Positions 56,583-64,000 of a DNA stretch of 64,000 bases are shown piece after piece. Origin of the DNA: an archaeon (GTDB lineage: Archaea > Iainarchaeota > Iainarchaeia > Iainarchaeales > 0-14-0-20-34-12); the NCBI GenBank assembly GCA_038046645.1, contig JBBSVU010000006.1, positions 10,304-74,303 of the forward strand, read 5' to 3'. The notes beneath the pieces are model-generated. The model saw nothing but the letters and a program-made list of their open reading frames with translations, was not told the origin of the DNA and did no database searches. Positions within the stretch are counted from its first letter, which is position 1. Each line of letters starts with the position of its first letter. Made by a program: the position numbers and the translations under genes.

Positions 56583-57680
56583 ATGAATCCTTTAAGAATA
56601 ATTTCTGAAGCTGTTGAAAACATAAAGCAGAATGAGGCAAAGAGAGTAGATGCAGTAAAAGAAATTCTTGCAAAAAAATATTCGAAAATTGATTTTGATA
56701 CAGGTTCAAAAAATTGCTTGCTTGAAGATAAATTGGTTTTTCCAATTGCTGAACATACTTTGAATTCAAGGATTGCGGCGGTTGATTCAGGCTTTGTTGG
56801 AAAAAACCTTTATTCTTTTGACCTGCTTTTCATAAGGACAGCAGGTGTACTTTTTACTTATAAAAACAACATTCTTGAGAGGGCAGCATATTACCCAGAA
56901 ATGTTTTCCTTCCCAAAGCCAATTTTCATCAATGGAGCTTTACAATTAGATGAAAGCTCGGTTTCAAGAAGCCTTTACCGCCTATTTGAAGAAATTGGCT
57001 TAGCCAAAGAAATAATTGAAAAGGAAAAGCCGGAATACTGTTTAATCGACGGTTCAATTATTCCACAGCATGCAGACAAGCCAAGAAAGGATTCTAAGGT
57101 AACAAATTCATATTCAAAGGTTATTTCCCTATTTGAAAGTTTATACAAAGCAGCAGAAGATAATGGCACAATTTTAATCGGATGTATTGAAGATTCAAGA
57201 GGTTCAAGATTCAGGGAAATAATCCAGCAGAATTTTGTTTCTGAACTGAATAAACCAAGGTTAGATGATTGCTATGATTCTGTTTTGTTGGATTCCTTGC
57301 TAAAAGAAAAGGAAAGAACCTCTGCATTCCATTATACAAACAATATCGAAATGCACCCTATACTTTCAGATTTTAATGAAAAATATTCAAAAGCCGTGAA
57401 TGTTTGTTACTTAAAACCTTCAAAATATGATCGTGCATTAAGGATTGAATTTTTGTCAAATGAAAGGAATGAAAAACTAACTGAATTTGTGGATAAAATT
57501 TCACCCGTAATCTGCCAATTGTCATCACTGCACAGGGAATATGCATTTCCCTCCCCTTTAATAGAAGCAGATTTAAGGGCAGGTTTAAATCCAGACGAAA
57601 TAGAATTTGTTTTCAACAAAATAGCTGACAAATTAGGCAATAATTTTAGGCTAATGCGCAGGGATTCAAGGCCGTTTTAA
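56583..57680 (+). CDS. NurA-like nuclease (RNase H-like fold) - tentative
   Basis: RIAAVDSGFVG near the N-terminus and CLIDGSIIPQ mid-protein resemble the NurA catalytic Asp motifs. The real start is probably ATG 56583 (MNPLRIIS), downstream of the TATA box. Confidence 0.45.
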   Translation: MNPLRIISEAVENIKQNEAKRVDAVKEILAKKYSKIDFDTGSKNCLLEDKLVFPIAEHTLNSRIAAVDSGFVGKNLYSFDLLFIRTAGVLFTYKNNILERAAYYPEMFSFPKPIFINGALQLDESSVSRSLYRLFEEIGLAKEIIEKEKPEYCLIDGSIIPQHADKPRKDSKVTNSYSKVISLFESLYKAAEDNGTILIGCIEDSRGSRFREIIQQNFVSELNKPRLDDCYDSVLLDSLLKEKERTSAFHYTNNIEMHPILSDFNEKYSKAVNVCYLKPSKYDRALRIEFLSNERNEKLTEFVDKISPVICQLSSLHREYAFPSPLIEADLRAGLNPDEIEFVFNKIADKLGNNFRLMRRDSRPF

Positions 57681-57824
57681 ACAAGCATTATTGAAGTTAT
57701 CCTTAACCTATTTATTCTATTTGTTCACTATTTTAATATGCCTAGCCCAAAACCCTCAAGAAAAGTTATGTTTAAGAAAAACATTCTAATGCTAGTTGGG
57801 GTTAGTTCCCTCTTAGCCAATTAC

Positions 57825-58715
57825 CTAGGTAAAATATGCTTTCTTAGGGAATTGTATTGAGCTTGCTGTTCCTGCTACCAAACGCCCGTTACCTGTCTTT
57901 GGGTCAATTACTACAAAAAAGCATTTTGCTATCTCAGCACATAAATTAGGGGTGGCACTTTCTTTTGCTAGGTTGCTTAGTTCTGCTTTAGCTTTCAATA
58001 TCTTATCTCTGTATTCTTTGAACTGCTTGCGTAATTCTTCATAATTGGGAATGTTCTTTCTGCGTGTTGCATAATAATCTAATACTTGTTTAGTTCCTCC
58101 TTCAGATAAATCCTCAACAGGCAACACAGCGCAAGTCATTACCTGTTCTGGATTTGTTTTTACTAATTTATAAGATTCAATGGTTGGAATGCCCATATTT
58201 CGCAATATTTTAAAATTTTCATTTTCAAGGTGAAGCCATATTGTTCCATGCCTATGGCTTACAAAATAATTTTCATCAAAATATCTTTTTCTTATTGCAG
58301 CAGGCACATTATCAGGCAATTCCCCAACTCCAATAATCCCTAAATTCATCTTTCCTTCTAACTCAGAAAGCTGCCTTCTGACCCAATTATCAGGATATCT
58401 GCAGGCTTTAAGTGCAAACCATTTTCTTTCACCAGTTTTATGGTCATCAAATTGCCCTGCCCTAAAAACAAGTATCTTGCCACCAACCCCTAAAAGCCTT
58501 GGGTCTTGCTTGCTTATTGCAACAGTTTTGATGCCTCTTGGAAAAATATATCTAAATCTTTCCATAACAAGTGTTTGCATGCTATTTCTGCTGACTTCTG
58601 TTACTTTCAGTTCAGCACTTCTTTCAATCATATCCTTTCTTCTTAAGAGTTTTGACAATTTTCTTAATCCTTTGTGAAATCTGTTCTTTAGTCCCAGCAA
58701 ACTTGGCTTAATCAT
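57825..58715 (-). CDS. Hypothetical protein (basic N-terminus; HRHGTIWLHLENEN segment), divergent from HerA-like gene
   Basis: ORF only. Confidence 0.45.
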   Translation of the reverse strand: MIKPSLLGLKNRFHKGLRKLSKLLRRKDMIERSAELKVTEVSRNSMQTLVMERFRYIFPRGIKTVAISKQDPRLLGVGGKILVFRAGQFDDHKTGERKWFALKACRYPDNWVRRQLSELEGKMNLGIIGVGELPDNVPAAIRKRYFDENYFVSHRHGTIWLHLENENFKILRNMGIPTIESYKLVKTNPEQVMTCAVLPVEDLSEGGTKQVLDYYATRRKNIPNYEELRKQFKEYRDKILKAKAELSNLAKESATPNLCAEIAKCFFVVIDPKTGNGRLVAGTASSIQFPKKAYFT

Positions 58716-58793
58716 ATTCTACTCATATTGCAACCTTCTTAATTATTTTTGGTTTGCAGGTAATACACAAAAAGTGTCCACTAGAAAGAATAG

Positions 58794-58829
58794 TTCAGGG
58801 GAAATCTACTCTTTGCAATGCTTTATAAA
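58794..58829 (+). promoter_or_regulatory. Promoter cassette copy: TTCAGGGGAAATCTACTCT + 9 nt + TTTATAAA, 24 nt before ATG 58853 (divergent region shared with 57825..58715)
   Basis: Same motif and spacing as the other copies. Confidence 0.55.
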
Positions 58830-58852
58830 CAACCTTTTGGCTTAAGTAATTC

Positions 58853-61800
58853 ATGGTTATAAATAATTCACAGACTGTTGGCACAGTAATTTCAGCAATA
58901 AATTCCCCAAACCCTAGTTCTGCAGATTTTGTTGTTACCTCTGGCTTAATACACAGAGGGCAATTTGTTGAAATAGAAAATCCATCAGGCAATTTTATTG
59001 CCTTGGTAATGGACGTATATAAAACAAACAAATATTTTGAAAGGGCTGACTCAGTAAAAGAATTTGAATCAAAAGGCCAAGCATTATTTGAACAGTTTCC
59101 TGTACACGAATGGGAATACCTTGTCGCAAATACAAAACCTTTAGGTGTGTACTCTGGCGACAATTTCTACAGGCCAAGCTTTCCTCCATCCCCAGGATCA
59201 AAGGTAAGGATTGCTGATTCTGAAAAATTAAAAAAATTCTTCCATTTTGATGAATCTGGCTTGCATTTAGGCAATGTTGAATACCATGATTTATCTGTTA
59301 AACTGAATCTGTCAAGGATGTTGAAGAAACACCTAGCAATTTTAGCTATGTCTGGTTCGGGAAAATGCGGTGATTACAATCTTGAAATATTGTTGAGTAA
59401 TGGCAGGACAATTAAGCTTGGTGAGCTTGTTGACAACCATTTGAAAAATAAAAAAGTAATTGAAGATAATGTCGAGGTCTGTGATGTTAATCCAAATAAC
59501 TTAAAAGTAATTTCCATAGGTAAAGATAATCAACCAATAACCTCTGAAATTAAGGCGTTTATGAGGAGGAAGGCCCCAAAAAAGATGTTTAGAATCAGGA
59601 CAAGAACAGGCAAACAATTATTGATTACTCCAGAGCACCCAATACCGATTCTAAATGAACAAATAAATTGGATTCAAGCTAAAAATCTTGCTAAAAAAGA
59701 TTACCTAATTACGACAATGCCCCTAATAGAGGGATCAGAACAAATAATTGATTTTGTCCAATTATGGAAGAATTCTTCTAAAGTCAGAGTTGATGATGAG
59801 CTTATTCTGGCTGAATTAAAATCTAAACTTTTTGAGAAATATTCAATAAAAGAGTTTTCAAAAATCATTAATATGACCCCCCAAAAACTACAATATTTAT
59901 TATCGCATTCAGGAGTTCCTTTGGATTATCTAAAATTAATTTGTAACAAATTAGGCGTGGATTTTTTGGAGATATGTTCAAAAATAAAAACATTAAAAGT
60001 ACTGTCTTCCAGAATCCCTGCAAAGGTTATTGTTGATGAAAAATTTGCAAGATTTATGGCTTATTTGTTAGCAGAAGGACATAATAGTGGTCAAACTATT
60101 ATTTTTACTAATAGCTCTACTTTAATTAGGGAAGATTTTAGCAATCTAACAAAATTATTTGGTGTTACTGCAAGCATTAATAGAAAGAGGGATATTGAAC
60201 TTAGAATTTATAACAAACTTTTAGCAGACAGTTTATTTAAGTTAGGTTTTACTGATTCTAGTTGGACCAAATATATTCCAGAGGAGATTCTATTAAGTAA
60301 AAAATCAGTTTTAGCAGCTTTTTTGGGTGCATTTATTGATTGTGATGGTTATGTTAGTTCTAAGAAATCACATATCGAAATAACGCTTGCCAGTAAACAG
60401 ATGTTAGACAACATAGAACAGATAGTTTTGCGATTTAAGTTAAATCCAATAAGAAAGATAAAAACAGTTAAAGGCAAACAATATGGCAGGTTATTTTTAG
60501 GCGGTGCGGATTATTTAACTATCCTAAATAATGAATTAACCCTTTTAATAGACTATAAAGCAAAAGCGCTTAAGGAATGTTCCTTAAAAAAACCAAATTC
60601 AAACATTAGGGTAATCCCCAACATTAAACATACTTTAGCTTTCCTACAAAATAAGCTTAATTTAACCCAAAGCCAATTTGTTAATATTGCTAATTATTTG
60701 TCGCGAGAGGAAAGGCATGATGATCCAACACCCACTTCGTTAAAATCTTTACTGAATGAATTTGAACATAATTATGAAAGTATTCAGAGTACCCTAGCTC
60801 AAACAAAAAAATTATTTTATGCTATGCCAAATTTAACTGAAGAAGATGCAAAAAAAATACTTGTAGATGCCTACTCTAAATATGATTTTAACAAAATTGC
60901 TAAAAATACAAATATTTCAAGCACTACCGCAAGAAGAGTAGTAAGAGGTTTAACCGAACCAAACCTAAATACCTTTTGCCTTGCTAAAAATGCCTTGGCT
61001 TTAGAAAATGAATCTGATTTAGGCATAGATGTAATTACTAATTTAGACTTTAAGCAACTAGCCAGTCAAATTAGGGTTTTGTGTAAAAATATTGGTTGTG
61101 AAATACAGGAGTTATGCAACAGAAGTGGGTTTAACGATCAATATTTGGATGGTTATTCTTACAATCCCTTAAATACAATAAGGTATTCAAATATCTACAA
61201 GGTTTTGTATAATCTCTTTATTATTTCATTAGATAAAGAAAAGCAATTGCCTGAAATTAGAGAGAAACTTGATTTTTTGCACACACTTATTTCTGATAGC
61301 TTATTTTTTGATGCAATTGAATCTGTTGAAGAGGTTGATTATGACAAAGAATATGTTTATGACTTATGTGTAAAAGAGCACAATTTTGTTGCAAATAATC
61401 TAATCATTCACAATAGTTTTTCAACAGCTTGTTTAATTGAAGAGCTCCTTAACCGGCAAAAAGAAAAAGGCAGGATTGCAATTGTTGTTTTAGACCCGCA
61501 TGGTGAATATTCCAGCTTTGCCCAGCCTGTGAAAGATGGCAAGTATGAGGATTTTTCTGACCGCACGAAAATCATTAAAGCCCAAAACATCAGAATAGCT
61601 GTGCCAAAAATGAGCGTTCATATGCTTTCTGGAATAATTCCTGGATTAACAATTCCGCAGAAAAGGGATTTAAGCAGGATTTTATCAAGCCTTAAAGAAG
61701 ATATGTATCGCGGCTTAGGGCCTTTTGATTGGTCACATGTAAAAGATGCAATTTTGAAAGATGACAATATAAAGCAAAATTCAAAATTCCCTTTAATGGG

Positions 61801-62449
61801 CTGGATTGATGATCTAATGTCCTATAACTTATTTGCGAGGACAGATATGCCTGCTGTTTCTGAATTAATTAAACCAGGAACATTAACAATACTTGATTTT
61901 TCAGACATAGTGAACATGAAAAAGAAGCAGATGATTGTAAGTTATTTTGCAAACAAGCTGTTTGATGAAAGAAAATCAAATGTAATTCCCCCGACACTTT
62001 TAATTGTGGAGGAAGCTCATCAATGGTGTCCGCAGATGGCATCAGAAGAATCAGCTATTTCCCGTTCCATTCTGCGAACAATTGCAAGGGAAGGAAGAAA
62101 ATTTGGAATGTCCCTTTGCATAATTTCTCAAAGGCCTGTTCAGCTTGATACCACAACACTTTCACAATGTTCCACTCATTTAATTTTGCGCATTACAAAC
62201 CCAAACGATTTGAAACACATAGCAGAATCATCAGAAGGAATTGACCAAAGAAGTTTTGGAATAATAAATTCCTTGCAGGTTGGGGAAGGATTGCTTGTTG
62301 GGGAAGCAACAGGCTATCCATTATTTTTTAAGGTAAGGTATAGGAAATCAATGCCAAGCAAGCATGAAATTTCCCTAGAAGATGCAGCTTTGAAATTTGA
62401 AAGCTCTGCAGATAAAACAAAGGCTGAAACCGAGGGATTTTTGGAATAA
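58853..62449 (+). CDS. HerA-like FtsK/HerA-superfamily ATPase interrupted by a 683-aa intein in the Walker A motif (extein ~515 aa)
   Basis: N-terminal HAS-barrel-like region. Walker A GSGK|C...HN|S restores GSGKS after splicing. DPHGEY, LLIVEEAHQW and ISQRPVQLD motifs typical of HerA. Confidence 0.75.
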   Translation: MVINNSQTVGTVISAINSPNPSSADFVVTSGLIHRGQFVEIENPSGNFIALVMDVYKTNKYFERADSVKEFESKGQALFEQFPVHEWEYLVANTKPLGVYSGDNFYRPSFPPSPGSKVRIADSEKLKKFFHFDESGLHLGNVEYHDLSVKLNLSRMLKKHLAILAMSGSGKCGDYNLEILLSNGRTIKLGELVDNHLKNKKVIEDNVEVCDVNPNNLKVISIGKDNQPITSEIKAFMRRKAPKKMFRIRTRTGKQLLITPEHPIPILNEQINWIQAKNLAKKDYLITTMPLIEGSEQIIDFVQLWKNSSKVRVDDELILAELKSKLFEKYSIKEFSKIINMTPQKLQYLLSHSGVPLDYLKLICNKLGVDFLEICSKIKTLKVLSSRIPAKVIVDEKFARFMAYLLAEGHNSGQTIIFTNSSTLIREDFSNLTKLFGVTASINRKRDIELRIYNKLLADSLFKLGFTDSSWTKYIPEEILLSKKSVLAAFLGAFIDCDGYVSSKKSHIEITLASKQMLDNIEQIVLRFKLNPIRKIKTVKGKQYGRLFLGGADYLTILNNELTLLIDYKAKALKECSLKKPNSNIRVIPNIKHTLAFLQNKLNLTQSQFVNIANYLSREERHDDPTPTSLKSLLNEFEHNYESIQSTLAQTKKLFYAMPNLTEEDAKKILVDAYSKYDFNKIAKNTNISSTTARRVVRGLTEPNLNTFCLAKNALALENESDLGIDVITNLDFKQLASQIRVLCKNIGCEIQELCNRSGFNDQYLDGYSYNPLNTIRYSNIYKVLYNLFIISLDKEKQLPEIREKLDFLHTLISDSLFFDAIESVEEVDYDKEYVYDLCVKEHNFVANNLIIHNSFSTACLIEELLNRQKEKGRIAIVVLDPHGEYSSFAQPVKDGKYEDFSDRTKIIKAQNIRIAVPKMSVHMLSGIIPGLTIPQKRDLSRILSSLKEDMYRGLGPFDWSHVKDAILKDDNIKQNSKFPLMGWIDDLMSYNLFARTDMPAVSELIKPGTLTILDFSDIVNMKKKQMIVSYFANKLFDERKSNVIPPTLLIVEEAHQWCPQMASEESAISRSILRTIAREGRKFGMSLCIISQRPVQLDTTTLSQCSTHLILRITNPNDLKHIAESSEGIDQRSFGIINSLQVGEGLLVGEATGYPLFFKVRYRKSMPSKHEISLEDAALKFESSADKTKAETEGFLE
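59366..61414 (+). mobile_element. Intein with LAGLIDADG homing-endonuclease domain (Cys1 ... His-Asn, +1 Ser)
   Basis: Starts CGDYNLEILLSNGRTIKLGELV (block A). LAGLIDADG blocks FMAYLLAEGHNSG and LAAFLGAFIDCDGYV. Ends FVANNLIIHN followed by S. Confidence 0.8.
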
Positions 62450-62465
62450 TCATCAACTTGCCTAT

Positions 62466-63101
62466 TTATTTCCTTAATTCTTTAATAATCTGGTCCCTGG
62501 CCTGAATGCATGCGTTTTTGCATTCTTCATTTAATGGTGATGGAAGATTTCTGCTATCAACAATCTCCTTATCAGTTATTTTGCCAATTGCTGAAACAGC
62601 CCTAGTTATTCCTTCTTGGTATTCTGCTTCACTTTTACTTCTTAGCCCAAGCAAGTGTTTAAAACTCTCAATTGATCCAGTGCGGCTTCCAGTAATTGGT
62701 ACGGCATATTGCACTACAAAGTGGAGGCGCAAGCGTTCACCAGTGTGTTTGTTGCCATTTCTTATTGATTCAATGACTCTTTCTTTTGTTCCTAAATATA
62801 TTGGCCTTACTGCATCAACAATTGCATTTTCTGCATACAGCTCTAAAGCATCGCCATACCTTGCTTTTAAATCTTTCCAGAACCTGGCATAAATTGTTTC
62901 TAAACGTCTTAATTCACCTGTTCCCTGCTCTGGGGGAAGAGCACCTTCTTTAATCCAAACAAGCTGTTTTGCTAATTCTTCACTGCATTCTCTTTTCAAT
63001 TCCTTTAATGGCGGGCGCCGTATTGGAATAGCTTCATGGCTTTCAATAGACCTTCTTCGTGCCATATTCCAAGGAACTGGTTTTGCTGGTGCTTTTGGCA
63101 T
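62466..63101 (-). CDS. Hypothetical protein (Pro/Lys/Arg-rich N-terminus MPKAPAKPVPW..RRRS)
   Basis: ORF only. Confidence 0.45.
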   Translation of the reverse strand: MPKAPAKPVPWNMARRRSIESHEAIPIRRPPLKELKRECSEELAKQLVWIKEGALPPEQGTGELRRLETIYARFWKDLKARYGDALELYAENAIVDAVRPIYLGTKERVIESIRNGNKHTGERLRLHFVVQYAVPITGSRTGSIESFKHLLGLRSKSEAEYQEGITRAVSAIGKITDKEIVDSRNLPSPLNEECKNACIQARDQIIKELRK

Positions 63102-63181
63102 AATATTTACTTCTTTAGAACTGTTTATATTTGTTATTATGTAGTAGAATGTGTTTCCTTTAGTTTATAACAAAAACTATC

Positions 63182-63901
63182 TTGATTTATTTTTTAGGAT
63201 TGTTTTTAATTGTTTTATGTGCTTATTTTTGTATGCCTGTGAAGTTAAGAACCAGAACAATTAGATTTAGGGAACGGCAGGGCCAAGATACTTATTATTA
63301 TGAATTAATTAAGGAAAGAATAAAGCGCCGTTGGAGATATCGTATCCGTAAAGGATTAATGAAGGCAGCAGAATGCCATAGTGCAATATTTAACAGGTTG
63401 AAAAAATTAGGAATCCCAATATCTACTTTATATGATGTAAGAACCGGCGGGATGCAATATACTGCCAAGGATATGTCAAAAGGCGGCTATTTAAGGATAA
63501 TTAATGCATATGAAGCAACAATTGCAGCAAGAAAGCGTACAAAAAAATGGGCTGATGCATCTGCCTACTGGAAAGACAACCCTATCTCGAATATGCGCAG
63601 CATTGTTTCAGGCATTACTAGGGATTTGGCAATAATGCACAAAAATGGCTTGTTTATTTCAGGGCGAAGAGTTGTTCTTGAACCTTGGCTTGTTTATTTT
63701 CGCGGAAAAGAAAATGAGAAGCAAAGAATTGCATCAAGGGCAATCACTGATGTCGGGTCAATACTTGAAACATCCAAAATGAGTATTAATGATATTTATG
63801 ATGCATATATGGATAATATTGAAGACCTACATATTAGTTTTCCTGAAGAATATCAAAGCCTTATTGATAAAACATATGCAAAATATTTTACTTCGGCCTA
63901 A
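63182..63901 (+). CDS. Hypothetical protein (N-terminal hydrophobic segment then Arg-rich region)
   Basis: ORF only. Confidence 0.4.
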   Translation: MIYFLGLFLIVLCAYFCMPVKLRTRTIRFRERQGQDTYYYELIKERIKRRWRYRIRKGLMKAAECHSAIFNRLKKLGIPISTLYDVRTGGMQYTAKDMSKGGYLRIINAYEATIAARKRTKKWADASAYWKDNPISNMRSIVSGITRDLAIMHKNGLFISGRRVVLEPWLVYFRGKENEKQRIASRAITDVGSILETSKMSINDIYDAYMDNIEDLHISFPEEYQSLIDKTYAKYFTSA

Positions 63902-63963
63902 CCATCTAATTCAATGAAAAGGTCTTAGCTTAGCATTCAGGGGAAATGCCCCTAGAGGGAAAG

Positions 63964-64000
63964 TTCAGGGGAAATCTACTCTCCTTCAATTTCTTTAAAT
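63964..64000 (+). promoter_or_regulatory. Promoter cassette copy: TTCAGGGGAAATCTACTCT + 9 nt + TCTTTAAAT at window end (target gene outside window); truncated copy TTCAGGGGAAATGCCCC at 63936-63952
   Basis: Same motif and spacing as the other copies. Confidence 0.5.

Overview
AT-rich (about one-third GC) archaeal chromosomal segment. Gene content (TFE, aTrm56, RadA, RPA, archaeal DnaG, Hjc, Pth2, aIF6, eL39/eL31/eS19, Rpp21, GGGP synthase) and several intron-containing tRNAs (two with atypical intron positions) suggest a small-genome, DPANN-like archaeon. Two parts:

- 0-53.8 kb, mostly housekeeping:
  - Hel308-like helicase 3' end, Nth, M16 peptidase, XerA-like recombinase, TFE, aTrm56, SerRS, tRNA-Lys/Phe.
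  - A KaiC-like ATPase next to a full-length RelA/SpoT homologue.
  - TIM, an unannotated SRP RNA gene in a 360-bp ORF-free gap, malic enzyme, class I fumarase alpha/beta, RadA, RPA, GGGPS, RtcA.
  - The conserved archaeal cluster S19e-PDCD5-L39e-L31e-aIF6-PfdA-FtsY, then AlaDH, SRP54, A24 prepilin peptidase, Rpp21, Tmk, DnaG, Hjc and Pth2.

- 53.9-64 kb, accessory-looking region:
  - GC-richer than its surroundings, encoding proteins of unknown function with Lys/Arg/Pro-rich N-termini.
  - Carries a NurA-like nuclease gene and a HerA-like ATPase gene that are not in the canonical herA-mre11-rad50-nurA arrangement.
  - The HerA-like gene is split in its Walker A motif by a 683-aa LAGLIDADG intein.
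  - A 19-bp motif (TTCAGGGGAAATCTACTCT) sits at a fixed 9-nt distance upstream of TATA boxes in four places. These are upstream of a free-standing LAGLIDADG endonuclease gene, the NurA-like gene, the HerA-like gene, and a gene beyond the window end.

Other observations:
- An ~85-bp structured element present twice, in inverted orientation, at convergent gene ends.
- Two paralogous HTH proteins with ECF-sigma-70 region-2-like signatures.
- A perfect 15-bp GC-rich palindrome.
- Purine-rich tandem repeats upstream of radA.
- No CRISPR array was seen.
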